A stretch of 61,489 nt of DNA, counting the filler. It is 6 parts of 6 records of this genome, joined end to end, with 100 filler letters (N's around TTAATTAATTAA, not from the genome) between each part and the next. Parts side by side here need not be neighbours in the genome. Positions count along the whole stretch, not along the records: positions 36,127 to 61,489 come from SRR31156797_17772; 5 more parts are not named here. One strand, given 5' to 3'. Positions 50,202 through 61,075 of the stretch are shown here, in pieces. Numbering within the stretch: the stretch's first letter is position 1; each line of letters begins with the position of its first letter. Made by a program: the position numbers and the translations under genes. The notes beneath the pieces were generated by a model. The model worked only from the letters and a program-made list of their open reading frames with translations, searched no databases and was not told where the DNA came from.

Positions 50202-52592
50202 CTACAGAGTGAATGAGAAGCCTAAAATAAAATTCCTACCCGCTGCACTTATACCCGAAGAATAGGGTCTGTACCTTTTATTAAGAATGTTTTCAATAGT
50301 TAGATAACCATTCCAGTGTTTGTTAATTTTATAATTATTGCTCAAATTTAAGCTAAGCCAATCTGGAGAATAAGGGTTTCCATTGCGGTCTTTTGCATAT
50401 AGATAGGCTTTATCTTTCTCAGTATTTGCTAAATCATTATAATTAATTTCGCCGTTGTATTCAAGTTCTAATTTAGAACTCAACTTTTTTGATTGATATT
50501 TTAGATCAAATGTGCTAAACATTGGAGGAACATGACGTACAGGACTCCCATCCTTATATTCTCCGTAGGTTAGGTTTAAATTCCCCTCCGCAGTTAATCG
50601 ATTGCTTACTTTTAGAATAGAGTTGATATTTATTCCCCAAACCTGAGCATTGTCCGCATTGGTTATGGCTTGAATTTCACTTTCAACCCCGTCATAAATC
50701 ATTGTATTTTCTCCATTTAGACTGTAATTGGTTCGTACCATAGCTTGATCTAAATAGGAGTAAAATGCATTAATCTCAGTAAAGAATACTTTGGCAAAAG
50801 TCTTACTAATATTTACCTCAAAATTATAGATGTATTCAGGTTTTAAATCTTTATTAGGAACCACTACCGAACCTGGCTCAGAATCAAAAACTTTACCGAT
50901 ATCGTCAATATTTGGGGCTCTGAATCCACTTGTAGCATTAAGTTTTAGAATCCAGTCGTTTTCAGATTGGTAAGTGATTCCGATACCACCATTTAAAGCA
51001 CCTGTTGATAAATCTAAATTACTAAAAGGAAATTCATAAAAGGTATTGTCTAATTGTGAATCAATCCAAATGTGCGAATATCTTATTCCCGAATTCAGAG
51101 TCCACTGATGATTAAGTTTCCATTTTAAATTGGAATATATGGCAAAACTTGATTGTTTTGAATTGTCAGGATATCGACTTGCTATAGCAGTTTTATTGCC
51201 ATTTAGAATATCTTGAGAATATCCTTTTGAGTCTAGATTGTTTACATGCCATTCTGTTCCATAAAACAGATGAACATTATCAGTAATTATTTTTTCTGCA
51301 TCCGCGTTTATGGAGTATATATTCAACTTTTCAGTCCTATTTCGTCTGGTTTGGGATTGAAATTTACGGTCGTGCCTGCTTTCCTGATAGTTCTGATATG
51401 CCGCTATAATTTTAAATGAATCGTAGATTGATGTGGCTTCTGTATTATTGTAATATAATGAATGCAATTGTAATTTTTGAGGTCCATAATACCATTCAGA
51501 ATATTTTAATTCATCATTTTTGTATTGTATCAACCTGTCGTAACGCGGAATATTTGAGCTTGTGGTATATTGAAAATTATATAGGAGTTCAGAATGCTCA
51601 TTAATTTTGTAGCGAAATTTCTGAACTGTATTAAACTGATCGTAACCACTTTGTTTTTGTTTTTTCGGATCAGAATTACTCACTATTTTATCGGAACCAT
51701 TTTTTCGAATTACATATTCGTTTCGTAAATAATCATCTGGTCCATGAGAACCCATTTTTAGATCATCAAAATCATTGTAACTAAAACTGCCGGCATAACT
51801 AAATTTCTCTTTTCCAAAATTGTAATTTACATGATTCATGATTCCCTTATTTGCGGAAGAATAAGAGCTTTTAAAGGTGTAATTAATGTTGGATTTATTG
51901 GAGGTGGAAAAACGCGGGGTAAACGTGTGAAAATCCATTACGCCACCTATGGCATCGCTTCCGTATATGATGGAACCAGGACCTAATATCACTTCTGTTG
52001 ATTCTAAACTATTGTGATCGATATTGATAACATTTTGCAAATTGCCGCTACGGTATATTGCATTGTTTAATCTTACTCCGTCCAGCACCAATAGAACCCT
52101 GTTTGCAGAAAATCCTCTAATCATAGGACTCCCGCCACCTAATTGGCTTTTTTGAATGTAAACTTGTTTTGAAACTTTTAATAGGTCAGCACTAGTCTGA
52201 GCAGTATTGTGTTTTATTGTTTCTTCATCTATTTTGAGAATCTTAAGTGGAATTTCGTTGGAATTTTGTTCCCACTTATTTGCAGAGACAATCACTTCTT
52301 GAATAGGAAAAATATTTGATACTAATTTTACAATAAATGAATTTTCTTTTATTTGCTTATAGCTAAGTTTTTGATTTCGGTAGGATGGGTGTTGAAAGAA
52401 GATGGCTTCACTATTTATAAAGTCGGAAATTTCAGCATGACCAGTTGTGTTTGATAAAACAGAATTCTGTGTATCGAAAATATAAACATCTTCAATGGGG
52501 CGATTCGTTTCTGAATCAATCACGGTTAAAGTTTGGGCAAAACTAAGTTGACTAAGAATAGAGAGAAGAAAAATTAGACCTAAGCGAATCAT
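50202..52592 (-). CDS. TonB-dependent receptor
   Basis: Signal peptide, EVIVSANKWEQ, QKSQLGGGSPMIRG, YGSDAIGGV, GFRAPN and ENILNKRY. Confidence 0.92.
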   Translation of the reverse strand: MIRLGLIFLLSILSQLSFAQTLTVIDSETNRPIEDVYIFDTQNSVLSNTTGHAEISDFINSEAIFFQHPSYRNQKLSYKQIKENSFIVKLVSNIFPIQEVIVSANKWEQNSNEIPLKILKIDEETIKHNTAQTSADLLKVSKQVYIQKSQLGGGSPMIRGFSANRVLLVLDGVRLNNAIYRSGNLQNVINIDHNSLESTEVILGPGSIIYGSDAIGGVMDFHTFTPRFSTSNKSNINYTFKSSYSSANKGIMNHVNYNFGKEKFSYAGSFSYNDFDDLKMGSHGPDDYLRNEYVIRKNGSDKIVSNSDPKKQKQSGYDQFNTVQKFRYKINEHSELLYNFQYTTSSNIPRYDRLIQYKNDELKYSEWYYGPQKLQLHSLYYNNTEATSIYDSFKIIAAYQNYQESRHDRKFQSQTRRNRTEKLNIYSINADAEKIITDNVHLFYGTEWHVNNLDSKGYSQDILNGNKTAIASRYPDNSKQSSFAIYSNLKWKLNHQWTLNSGIRYSHIWIDSQLDNTFYEFPFSNLDLSTGALNGGIGITYQSENDWILKLNATSGFRAPNIDDIGKVFDSEPGSVVVPNKDLKPEYIYNFEVNISKTFAKVFFTEINAFYSYLDQAMVRTNYSLNGENTMIYDGVESEIQAITNADNAQVWGININSILKVSNRLTAEGNLNLTYGEYKDGSPVRHVPPMFSTFDLKYQSKKLSSKLELEYNGEINYNDLANTEKDKAYLYAKDRNGNPYSPDWLSLNLSNNYKINKHWNGYLTIENILNKRYRPYSSGISAAGRNFILGFSFTL

Positions 52593-52651
52593 TTTGTAGT
52601 TTATTACATAATAAAGTTCAAATATATGATTAATAATTTAATTTGGAGATG

Positions 52652-52678
52652 AAAAAAGGCATCTCATTGGATGCCTTT
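52652..52678 (-). terminator. Terminator after the M49-like gene
   Basis: AAAAAAGGCATC...GATGCCTTT. Confidence 0.8.
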
Positions 52679-52699
52679 CTGTTTAATTTTCGATAATTT

Positions 52700-54352
52700 T
52701 TAATTCTTAGCAATTATTTGTTTTTCTCCCTGATCGTAAATCAAATCCTTTGGGATTTTTGCTCTTTGAATTCGATAAAGATCTTGAAGGAGCTCATTTC
52801 TAATGTAACCTTTATCTTTTATTAATTGATCGGCAGCAGCATAATCTCCATTGCCTTGAATTTCCAGAACAAGTGTAGCCAATGATTCAATAGCTTTTTT
52901 CATTTTGTAATCATTAATTTTATAAGTTCCCGTTTTAGAATTGTATTTAAACGCCTCCTGCTCTTGAAAGTAGTAGAAACGGATCATGTTGGCAACTCCC
53001 TGTGCATCAGTAACTCCAAAGCGAATCGATCTGAAAACATCAGCCATGTAAGTTACATAGTTTTCTATCATTTCAATTCCTTCTAATTGTCTCATTTCAT
53101 GAACCTGATTCAGAAGGTACATTCTTAAAACGTCATTTTTAAGTTCGTTTATTACATTAGAGTGTTCTTTTAGAGCATCTTTAACTTTATTGTCGCTACT
53201 ATTCGTCGAAATGCCTAATCCATTAGAAATTTCATAGAAAATAGTATTAAGGAAAAATGACTCGAAATTGACATTTTTACGCTGTTTTTCATCTATAATC
53301 AGTTCACTTATTGGATTTAGAATTTGATCAAATTTTGCCTGCATAACATTTTTAAAGTGGAGTTTACGTGATCCACATTTTATTTGATCATTTCCAATAG
53401 GAAGATTCAAACCGATTAGTTTGTTGCCTGCATTGCAATAACCAGAATTATACAATACGTCGTAAATTACGATATTAGCCGATTTTGGATCTGTATCAGA
53501 TTTAAATTTATCAGCAACAGGCAAATTCTTTTGTAGAAAAGGAAGAAGAGATGCGTATTTTTCTGTTCTAGCAGTCCATTCATTATTTTTTAATAAGATG
53601 AATGCACCATAAGAGTATTTTGTCCAAATCATGTGATCCTCGGTATTCACTATCGGACCTGCAATAAAATCTAATACATTATCCGTAAGGTTCATCCAAA
53701 GGTGATCACTTTCGTGAAAATTATCAACGAGTAAATCCTTTGCTCTTTGCTGTAAATAGGTTTTAAAACTTTCAGATTCGGCAAGTTGAGCCGCATCATT
53801 AAGGTGTGTAGCCGCTTTATTTAGTTCTGGTTGGTAGGCCACTTTATAAGGAACTACTTGCAGATTACCATTAGCTTCACGTTTTAAAGTGGTGAATGGA
53901 TTGTATTTATTATCATCGTTCAGCTTAAAAAATTCTTCCTGATTTAAATCTGTTGGAAAAAAGCCTATGCCTAAGGGTCGGGGAGGGAAATCCTCAGTAA
54001 AAGGAGTGAATCCGTCCAATCGATCCCAGGGACCGTAATTAATCATAGCATATTCTCTCATATCAGAATCAATCATTCCATTTAAAAGCTCTTCTTTATT
54101 GCCATAAGCCTGCAACCAATAAACTTCATCAATGGCATTTGCTGCTTTAATTAAATGTGAAAATAGTTTTATCTGATTGGGAGATAGAGCACTCAGATCG
54201 GCTGAAAGCTTCACCTTTGCATAATTTGCCAATTTACGTTGCATTACAGAATCTGGTGTTTTCTTTTCTTCAACCTTTTTGTTTGGTTGACAAGAAAATG
54301 CACAGAAAATAAAAATAATCAGCCCCAATAAATAGAAGTTATTACGTATCAT
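52700..54352 (-). CDS. Peptidase M49 (DPP III)-like lipoprotein with degenerate active site
   Basis: Lipobox AFSC; INYGPWDRLD, NLP, GSRKL..KNVMQAKF..IL.PI and FRSIRFG. The zinc motif reads FYEISNGLG. Confidence 0.82.
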   Translation of the reverse strand: MIRNNFYLLGLIIFIFCAFSCQPNKKVEEKKTPDSVMQRKLANYAKVKLSADLSALSPNQIKLFSHLIKAANAIDEVYWLQAYGNKEELLNGMIDSDMREYAMINYGPWDRLDGFTPFTEDFPPRPLGIGFFPTDLNQEEFFKLNDDNKYNPFTTLKREANGNLQVVPYKVAYQPELNKAATHLNDAAQLAESESFKTYLQQRAKDLLVDNFHESDHLWMNLTDNVLDFIAGPIVNTEDHMIWTKYSYGAFILLKNNEWTARTEKYASLLPFLQKNLPVADKFKSDTDPKSANIVIYDVLYNSGYCNAGNKLIGLNLPIGNDQIKCGSRKLHFKNVMQAKFDQILNPISELIIDEKQRKNVNFESFFLNTIFYEISNGLGISTNSSDNKVKDALKEHSNVINELKNDVLRMYLLNQVHEMRQLEGIEMIENYVTYMADVFRSIRFGVTDAQGVANMIRFYYFQEQEAFKYNSKTGTYKINDYKMKKAIESLATLVLEIQGNGDYAAADQLIKDKGYIRNELLQDLYRIQRAKIPKDLIYDQGEKQIIAKN

Positions 54353-54553
54353 AATGGTAAGGTTTTGATGTTATCAAAAGTAAATGTCAATAAAATCGAA
54401 CATGAAAAGATCGACTGGACGAATAGGGTTTTTCATAGAGTATGTTTACTGTATATCACTCTTTATAAGTTACAAAAAATACTCTCTGGAAAAAAATTGA
54501 ATAGAAGGGGATTTTGAGGAAGATCTTTTCGATTTGAACCGATAGAAATAAAA

Positions 54554-54599
54554 AAATCAACACTTGAATAACTTATAGTGTTATTACAAATGTTGATTT
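54554..54599 (-). terminator. Hairpin downstream of the 7TM-HD gene
   Basis: AAATCAACA...TGTTGATTT with inner AATAAC/GTTATT. Confidence 0.6.
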
Positions 54600-54615
54600 G
54601 ATATTTTGTTGAATG

Positions 54616-56748
54616 CTATGCTTTGTCTTTATTTTCTTTAGGATATTCTATTCTTGCATGATAAACATTGACCAAAGCGTTGGTGAATATGTCCTTTATC
54701 TCATTTATATTTTTGAATGTGATATCTGCATTAGCAAATCGATTTTCACGAATTTGTTTATCAATAATGTTATCGATCAATTCTCGAATGGTATCAGGAG
54801 TTTTAACTTTTAAACTTCTTGATGCAGCTTCAACACCATCAGCCATCATTAAAACTGCAGTTTCTTTGGTGAATGGATCAGGACCTGGGTACTTAAATTT
54901 TTCTTCGTCGATTTCTTTTTCGGGATATTTATTTTTAAACGAAGTATAAAAATACATTACTTTTCCTGCTCCATGATGCGTTTCTATAAAGTCTATTATT
55001 TGTTGAGGCAATTTGTGTTTTTTTGCAATTTTCACCCCGTATTTCACATGATCGGTGATAATTTGAGCACTTTTATCAAATTCTAAACTGTCATGAGGAT
55101 TTTTATTTGACAATTGATTTTCGATGAAATAAATTGGGTGTTTCATTTTCCCGATATCATGATATAAAGCTCCGGTTCGTACCAATAAAGGGTTTCCTCC
55201 AATTTTATTAATTGCAGCCTCTGCTAAATTGGCAACTTGCAGGCAGTGTTGAAATGTTCCAGGTGATTGCTTGGTAAGTTCACGTAATAGAGGGTGGTTT
55301 TGATTTGATAACTCAATTAAAGTAACATCAGACATGAAGCCAAATAATTTCTCAAAAATATAAATAAGAGAATACGAGAAAGTAAGTAATAATCCATTAA
55401 TCGCAAACCACACAAAGTTAAACCATTCAATTTCGTTAATCTTACTAATTTGTGTTATCGCAAAGGCGAAATAAACCACACTATAGGTTAGAAATGTAAT
55501 AATTCCAGTTAAAACCAACTGTCCTCTTCTTTCCAAACGCGGAAGACTATAAATAGCCATAATACCAGCAGCAAGCTGTAAAAAGACAAACTCAAATCCA
55601 TTTGGTGCTAAAAATCCTGTAATAAGTACGGTTATAATAAAAACGAATAATGCAGTACGACTGTCCATTAAGGTTCGTACCACTATAGTTATTAATGCAA
55701 ATGGAATGATATAAATGTTTATTTTCGGAAATTTTAAGACCAAACTGGTAATGGCAACAAACATAAGTACCAGTAGAAAAATGAACAACATTTTTTTATT
55801 GTCGTGTAAGATTGCTCGTCGAAAGTTTCGCAGATATAAAAATAGCAACACAATACAGGAAATGATTAAAAGTCCTTGTCCTCCTACTATTAAATAGTGA
55901 TTTTGCGATGAGCCTAAAATGTTTTCATAGTCTTTCTTAAGTGACTCAAGGATAATAAAGGTTTTATCATCAATGATGTCACCTTTAAGGACAATTCGAG
56001 TTGCATAATCAACTTTTCCTTTGGTAAGAGAAATATTGGAAAGCATGCTGCTTTTCACCTGATTCGACATCTCTTCATCGTAGAATAAGTTGGGAACTAA
56101 ATAAGAATCGAGATTTAGATCCTGAATGAAACTTTGAAACTCAGGACTTTTAAAATCAGATTTAACCTGATTGCTTAGGTTTTGGTATGCTGTGCGAGTA
56201 GAGAATGTTTTATTTACCGCTACTAATTCATTAATGTTATTGCGTGACTTGTTTATGGTTTTTGGTAATTTGAAACCATATTTTTGTTGTTCTGCCTGAA
56301 GTTCGACTATGCCAACTTCATAAAAACTTGAAAGATTTGTTTTTAAATAATTATAGGTTAATAAGTTTTCAGCCTCGATTCTTTTATTGGAATAATTGAG
56401 TTTTTTAAAGCTTGATGATTTTTCAAATTTCTTCCACTTTTTAGCAAATCCAGATTCTAGTTTTTTAATAATTTTTGGATAAACAGAAGTGTCGGTTTTA
56501 AAGAATGGATTGTATCGGGTGAGGATACTATCTCTATCCTGATTTAGTTCTTTTTCTGTTTTTAAAATTGAAAAATCGAAGGGTGCAATTAGTGTTTCAT
56601 GCATCCAGGGCTTGCCTTTTTGGTATTCGTATTTGAAATTTCCAATATTAGGAAATAAAAGAGCAATTAAAATAACAGTAATAGTTGTTATACAAAATCG
56701 ATATATGTTACTTATGTTCTGACGAATCCATCTGAAGTATTTATTCAT
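54616..56748 (-). CDS. 7TM-HD phosphohydrolase (PgpH-like c-di-AMP phosphodiesterase family)
   Basis: APFDF extracellular domain, 7 TM, PGTFQH, ALYHDIGK, YFIENQ, THHG and MMADGVEAASRS. Confidence 0.9.
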   Translation of the reverse strand: MNKYFRWIRQNISNIYRFCITTITVILIALLFPNIGNFKYEYQKGKPWMHETLIAPFDFSILKTEKELNQDRDSILTRYNPFFKTDTSVYPKIIKKLESGFAKKWKKFEKSSSFKKLNYSNKRIEAENLLTYNYLKTNLSSFYEVGIVELQAEQQKYGFKLPKTINKSRNNINELVAVNKTFSTRTAYQNLSNQVKSDFKSPEFQSFIQDLNLDSYLVPNLFYDEEMSNQVKSSMLSNISLTKGKVDYATRIVLKGDIIDDKTFIILESLKKDYENILGSSQNHYLIVGGQGLLIISCIVLLFLYLRNFRRAILHDNKKMLFIFLLVLMFVAITSLVLKFPKINIYIIPFALITIVVRTLMDSRTALFVFIITVLITGFLAPNGFEFVFLQLAAGIMAIYSLPRLERRGQLVLTGIITFLTYSVVYFAFAITQISKINEIEWFNFVWFAINGLLLTFSYSLIYIFEKLFGFMSDVTLIELSNQNHPLLRELTKQSPGTFQHCLQVANLAEAAINKIGGNPLLVRTGALYHDIGKMKHPIYFIENQLSNKNPHDSLEFDKSAQIITDHVKYGVKIAKKHKLPQQIIDFIETHHGAGKVMYFYTSFKNKYPEKEIDEEKFKYPGPDPFTKETAVLMMADGVEAASRSLKVKTPDTIRELIDNIIDKQIRENRFANADITFKNINEIKDIFTNALVNVYHARIEYPKENKDKA

Positions 56749-56938
56749 TCTGTAGTTGGATTTAAATGTTATTGCACTGTTGAAAATCTTTGTATAAAAT
56801 TAATCGAATATCTTTTGGTAAAAAATATTTATTGCTTTCTTTTATCTACGTATTATCAAAGCAATTTTATGAATCAGAATATAAAAACATAATTATATTT
56901 TTTATATTTGATTGATACGAACACTAAGCAACTATTAA

Positions 56939-57730
56939 ATGAATTACGGTATTTCCGAACTTAGTATTATTCCAGTAAGAAGCGAACCTGCTGAAAAGAG
57001 CGAAATGGTTACTCAGGTACTATTTGGAGAACATTTCGAACTGTTAGAAGAACGTGAAAATTGGAGTAAAGTACTTTTGGCTTTCGATAAATATGAAGGC
57101 TGGGTAGATTCTAAGATGATTACTAAAATTGATGAAACGTTCTTTAAGCAATTGGAAGAGAATAGAGCTGCAGTTGCCAACGATACATTTAACTTGGTTT
57201 TTCAGGAAAAGGATTATTCGAATAAATTAATCGTGCCTGGAAGTTCGTTTCCCTTTTGCGATCAGGAAAATAAATCTTTTTTAATAGGTGATAAAAAATA
57301 TTTCTATCAGGGTATGGTGAGTGATAATGCTTGTAATGATCAAATACGGGACTATATTATTGAAGCAGCCTTAAAATACTTCAATTCGCCTTATTTGTGG
57401 GGAGGAAGAACTCCTTATGGGATTGATTGTTCGGGATTAACTCAAATTGTATACAAATTGAATGGCATTAGTCTTCCTCGAGATGCGAGCCAGCAGGTGT
57501 TAGTGGGTGAGACATTAACATTTGTGGAAGAGGCGCTTCCAGGTGATTTGGCTTTTTTCGATAATGAAGAAGGGAAAATTACTCACGTAGGAATCATTTG
57601 GGATAGACACAAGATTATACATGCTTCGGGTAAAGTAAGAATTGATAATGTAGATCATCAGGGCATATTTAATGTGGATACCAGGCAATATACCCACAAG
57701 TTGCGCGTAATTAAAAGAATTATAAAATAG
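56939..57730 (+). CDS. SH3 + NlpC/P60 (C40) peptidase, YkfC-like
   Basis: EMVTQVLFGE, PYLWGGR, GIDCSG, LPRDASQQ, THVGI and IIHASG; -7 element TATATTTG at 56903-56910. Confidence 0.92.
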   Translation: MNYGISELSIIPVRSEPAEKSEMVTQVLFGEHFELLEERENWSKVLLAFDKYEGWVDSKMITKIDETFFKQLEENRAAVANDTFNLVFQEKDYSNKLIVPGSSFPFCDQENKSFLIGDKKYFYQGMVSDNACNDQIRDYIIEAALKYFNSPYLWGGRTPYGIDCSGLTQIVYKLNGISLPRDASQQVLVGETLTFVEEALPGDLAFFDNEEGKITHVGIIWDRHKIIHASGKVRIDNVDHQGIFNVDTRQYTHKLRVIKRIIK

Positions 57731-57768
57731 TAAGTGAAATTACTTACTGCACCAAATTTTAGTTTTTC

Positions 57769-58218
57769 ATGTATACCTATCGATATCCTCGACCTGCATT
57801 AACGGTTGATTGTGCCATTTTTTGCAAAAGTAATAATCAAACATTCGTATTACTGATTCAGCGTGCCAATGATCCATTTAAAGAAATGTGGGCTTTTCCT
57901 GGTGGTTTTGTAGATATGGATGAAGATATAGAAACAGCTGCCTATCGCGAATTAAAAGAAGAGACAGGTTTTGAAGGTGTGCAATTGGAGCAGTTTAAGA
58001 CCTATGGTGCTATCGATAGGGATCCGCGGGGAAGAACGGTTTCAGTTGTGTATTTAGGAAGCATGGGAACAGAATCCTTACCCATTGTTAAAGGTGAAGA
58101 TGACGCGTTAAAAGCCCAGTGGATCAATTTAAATGAATTGCCAGCTTTGGCTTTTGATCATGAGCAAATCATGAAAGAGCTTTTGACGCATTTAGGAATT
58201 AACCAGGCAGGATTCTAA
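57769..58218 (+). CDS. NUDIX hydrolase
   Basis: WAFPGGF...AAYRELKEETG, RDPRGR and LAFDH. Confidence 0.92.
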   Translation: MYTYRYPRPALTVDCAIFCKSNNQTFVLLIQRANDPFKEMWAFPGGFVDMDEDIETAAYRELKEETGFEGVQLEQFKTYGAIDRDPRGRTVSVVYLGSMGTESLPIVKGEDDALKAQWINLNELPALAFDHEQIMKELLTHLGINQAGF

Positions 58219-58839
58219 ATAAGTTAAACCCTCAGGACCAAGATTAAAAACAACATCCAATATGCTTAGGTTCGCTTGAAAGCCATGTTTTTCTCCAAAA
58301 ACCTGAGTATATGGTTTTGAGTTGAATTGTAAATCTTTTTGGTTTTTAGATGTTTTTGGATGAATGCCATCACGAAAATCATCAATTTTTTCACAACCAA
58401 CTTCTACATAATCACTTGTCAATTCAAACTTAGGCTCAATTTCAAGCATGGAGCAAATTTCCTGTTGAATTTCCATATTGAATTCCAGTAGATTATCCCA
58501 TTTCTGAGTGAAGAATCGTTCCAAATCATCAATGTAATATTCGTAAAATGGAGATGACTTGTATGCCGATTCAATACCCTTTAAATGAAGTTTTTGCCAG
58601 TTTGTATCATATGATATTTTGACATCCTTGGTTAAAATTTTCTTGCTAGTTGCTTTAATCACAGGTATCGATAATGGAAGCACTCCGTTAGCTCCATAAA
58701 TATTGCATCTGTTTCGATACGATTGCTTTGAATAGTTTTCCCACTGTTCAATTAGCACTTTATCGTACTGAATTAACTTGCAATAATATTGAATTGGGGC
58801 AAAATATGATGTTGCCAGTATAGCTTGAGTATTTTCCAT
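58192..58839 (-). CDS. WbqC family protein
   Basis: YSKQSYRNR, SAYKSSPFYEYY, YTQVF and NLSILD..FNLGP. Confidence 0.88.
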   Translation of the reverse strand: MENTQAILATSYFAPIQYYCKLIQYDKVLIEQWENYSKQSYRNRCNIYGANGVLPLSIPVIKATSKKILTKDVKISYDTNWQKLHLKGIESAYKSSPFYEYYIDDLERFFTQKWDNLLEFNMEIQQEICSMLEIEPKFELTSDYVEVGCEKIDDFRDGIHPKTSKNQKDLQFNSKPYTQVFGEKHGFQANLSILDVVFNLGPEGLTYLESCLVNS

Positions 58840-58887
58840 TTTGGTGATATCTAGAGAGTGCGAAACTACAAAAATCATCTTAAAAGA

Positions 58888-58912
58888 AAAAGACACCCAT
58901 TAGGTGTCTTTT
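58888..58912 (-). terminator. Terminator after lepB
   Basis: AAAAGACACC...GGTGTCTTTT. Confidence 0.8.
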
Positions 58913-58934
58913 CATTATACTATATTTGAATGAT

Positions 58935-60323
58935 CTAGTGAATCCATTTAAATATTCTATCCCATCTTACTTTATTGAATCCACTCTTATTTTTATCTAG
59001 TGATAACCAAATAAAAGATGCTTTTCCAACAATGTGATCTTCTGGCACATATCCCCAATAGCGTGAATCGGCTGACATGTGACGGTTATCACCCATCATC
59101 CAATAGTAATTCATAGTAAAGGTATATGATTTTGCAGGCTGACCATTAATGTAAATTATAGAATCCTTAACAGATAAAGTATTGCCTTCGTAAGCATTAA
59201 TAGCTCTTTCGTAAAGAGGTAAAGTTTCCAGACTAAGCTCAACAGTTTCACCTTTTTGAGGAATAACAAGAGGTCCAAAATTATCTCTGTTCCAATTGTT
59301 ATTTGCACTAAATGGGAAAACATCCTCAGGAGCACCAACATTATAGGTCATTTTGACCATTGAAGAAACATTACCTAACTTTTCTAACTTAGCAGCCTTA
59401 GCTTCGGATAATGGCATTTCATATATGGAACCACTCTGACCAATTTCACTTTTGGTAACATTCATTTCATCCAATTTTCTTGGATTTATTAGAGTTCCAT
59501 TGGTTCGAATTTGATATCGAAACTGCATTTCTTCTATTTTTTCCTGAATTTTATCGTTGATGTACAATTGTCCATCTACACTTAAAATTGTATCTCCAGG
59601 CATGGCAACACAACGCTTAATGTAATTTTCACGTTTATCAACTGGTCGGGTTCTTATCTCTTTATTTTTTGCGTAATATTTTTTCGCAAAATTCTTGTAG
59701 GCTTTGTCTGACTGGAGTTTTCTACCTTTTTTCATATCCGAAGCCTTTAATGAATTGGTAAAAGCTCTAATTTGCGAATGATAATCAGGATTTTCTGAGC
59801 CAACTACTATTGTGTCACCAGCCGGAAAGTTAAAGACAACCACATCGTTTCTTTTTATTTCACCAATACCAGCAAGTCTTTTGTATTTCCAGTTGATCCA
59901 TTCTAAATACGATTTAGTTTTGGTTGTTCCTGGCATAGTGTGATGTGCAAATGGGAAGGATAGGGGAGTATTTGGTATTTTTGGACCATATGCAACCTTA
60001 CTCACAAATAGGTAATCGCCAACAAGCAATGACTTTTCCATCGATGAGGTCGGAATCGTATATGCTTCAATAAAAAACATTCTGATGATGGTTGCAGCAA
60101 CTACAGCAAATATAATTGCATCAATCCATTCAACGGCTACGCTTTGTTTTTTAACCCCTTTTTTCTTCCAAAAAGCCCAATGTACTTTTTTACTGATATA
60201 AACGTCAAACAATATAGGTAATCCAAGAATTAGCCAATAATTACCAATCCAGATTATCATTAGCAAAGCAATAATCAATGCTATTGAAAACTTAAACCAT
60301 TTGTTTTTTAATATGTCCCTCAT
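58935..60323 (-). CDS. lepB: Signal peptidase I
   Basis: IPTSSME..L.VGD.LFVSK, YIKRC and MGDNR..S.DSRYWG. Confidence 0.95.
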   Translation of the reverse strand: MRDILKNKWFKFSIALIIALLMIIWIGNYWLILGLPILFDVYISKKVHWAFWKKKGVKKQSVAVEWIDAIIFAVVAATIIRMFFIEAYTIPTSSMEKSLLVGDYLFVSKVAYGPKIPNTPLSFPFAHHTMPGTTKTKSYLEWINWKYKRLAGIGEIKRNDVVVFNFPAGDTIVVGSENPDYHSQIRAFTNSLKASDMKKGRKLQSDKAYKNFAKKYYAKNKEIRTRPVDKRENYIKRCVAMPGDTILSVDGQLYINDKIQEKIEEMQFRYQIRTNGTLINPRKLDEMNVTKSEIGQSGSIYEMPLSEAKAAKLEKLGNVSSMVKMTYNVGAPEDVFPFSANNNWNRDNFGPLVIPQKGETVELSLETLPLYERAINAYEGNTLSVKDSIIYINGQPAKSYTFTMNYYWMMGDNRHMSADSRYWGYVPEDHIVGKASFIWLSLDKNKSGFNKVRWDRIFKWIH

Positions 60324-60361
60324 TCAATTTATTTTAAATGATTACTTAAATTTTACGTTTG

Positions 60362-61075
60362 TTATAGTTGTAACAGGTCATTCATACCATAAAAGCCAGT
60401 TTTCTTCGGCATGAACTCAGCTGCCAAAACAGCTCCTAAAGCAAATCCTTTTCTGCTATAGGCTTGGTGTTGTATTGATATTTCATCAACCTCAGAATGC
60501 CAGGTGATGGAGTGTGTTCCTGGAACTGCACCATGCCTTTTCGCTAGTATGCTAAGTTCGTCCTCCTTCATGCTGGTTGCTTCTATCCACTTGTCTTTTT
60601 TAGGATGATTCTCAAGAATTCCATCCGCTAATGTAAGTGCAGTACCACTAGGCGAATCCAATTTATGAATGTGATGAATTTCTTCCATATCCACATTGTA
60701 TTCATTAAAAGGAGCCATAAGTTTTGCTAATTTTTTATTTAGTTCGAAAAACAAATTTACCCCTAAACTAAAATTCGATGCATAGAAAAAGCCATTTCCT
60801 TTTTGGCAATATTCTTTTACATTTTCCATTTTATCCAGCCATCCCGTTGTTCCTGATACTACGGGAACATTTGCTTTAAAGCACTCTAAATAATTAGTAT
60901 AGGCTGAATCTGGATTTGTAAACTCAATGGCGACATCTATATCATTAAGCTGTTTAGAGCAAAGTTCTTTAAAATTGTTCTGATCAATGATTAATCCGAT
61001 TTCGTGACCGCGACTAATGGCAATTTGTTCAATTTCCTTGCCCATTTTTCCGTAGCCGATGATTGCAATTTTCAT
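60362..61075 (-). CDS. dapB: 4-hydroxy-tetrahydrodipicolinate reductase
   Basis: GYGKMG, VSGTTGW, ASNFSLG, EIHHIHKLDSPSGTA and GFALGA. Confidence 0.96.
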   Translation of the reverse strand: MKIAIIGYGKMGKEIEQIAISRGHEIGLIIDQNNFKELCSKQLNDIDVAIEFTNPDSAYTNYLECFKANVPVVSGTTGWLDKMENVKEYCQKGNGFFYASNFSLGVNLFFELNKKLAKLMAPFNEYNVDMEEIHHIHKLDSPSGTALTLADGILENHPKKDKWIEATSMKEDELSILAKRHGAVPGTHSITWHSEVDEISIQHQAYSRKGFALGAVLAAEFMPKKTGFYGMNDLLQL

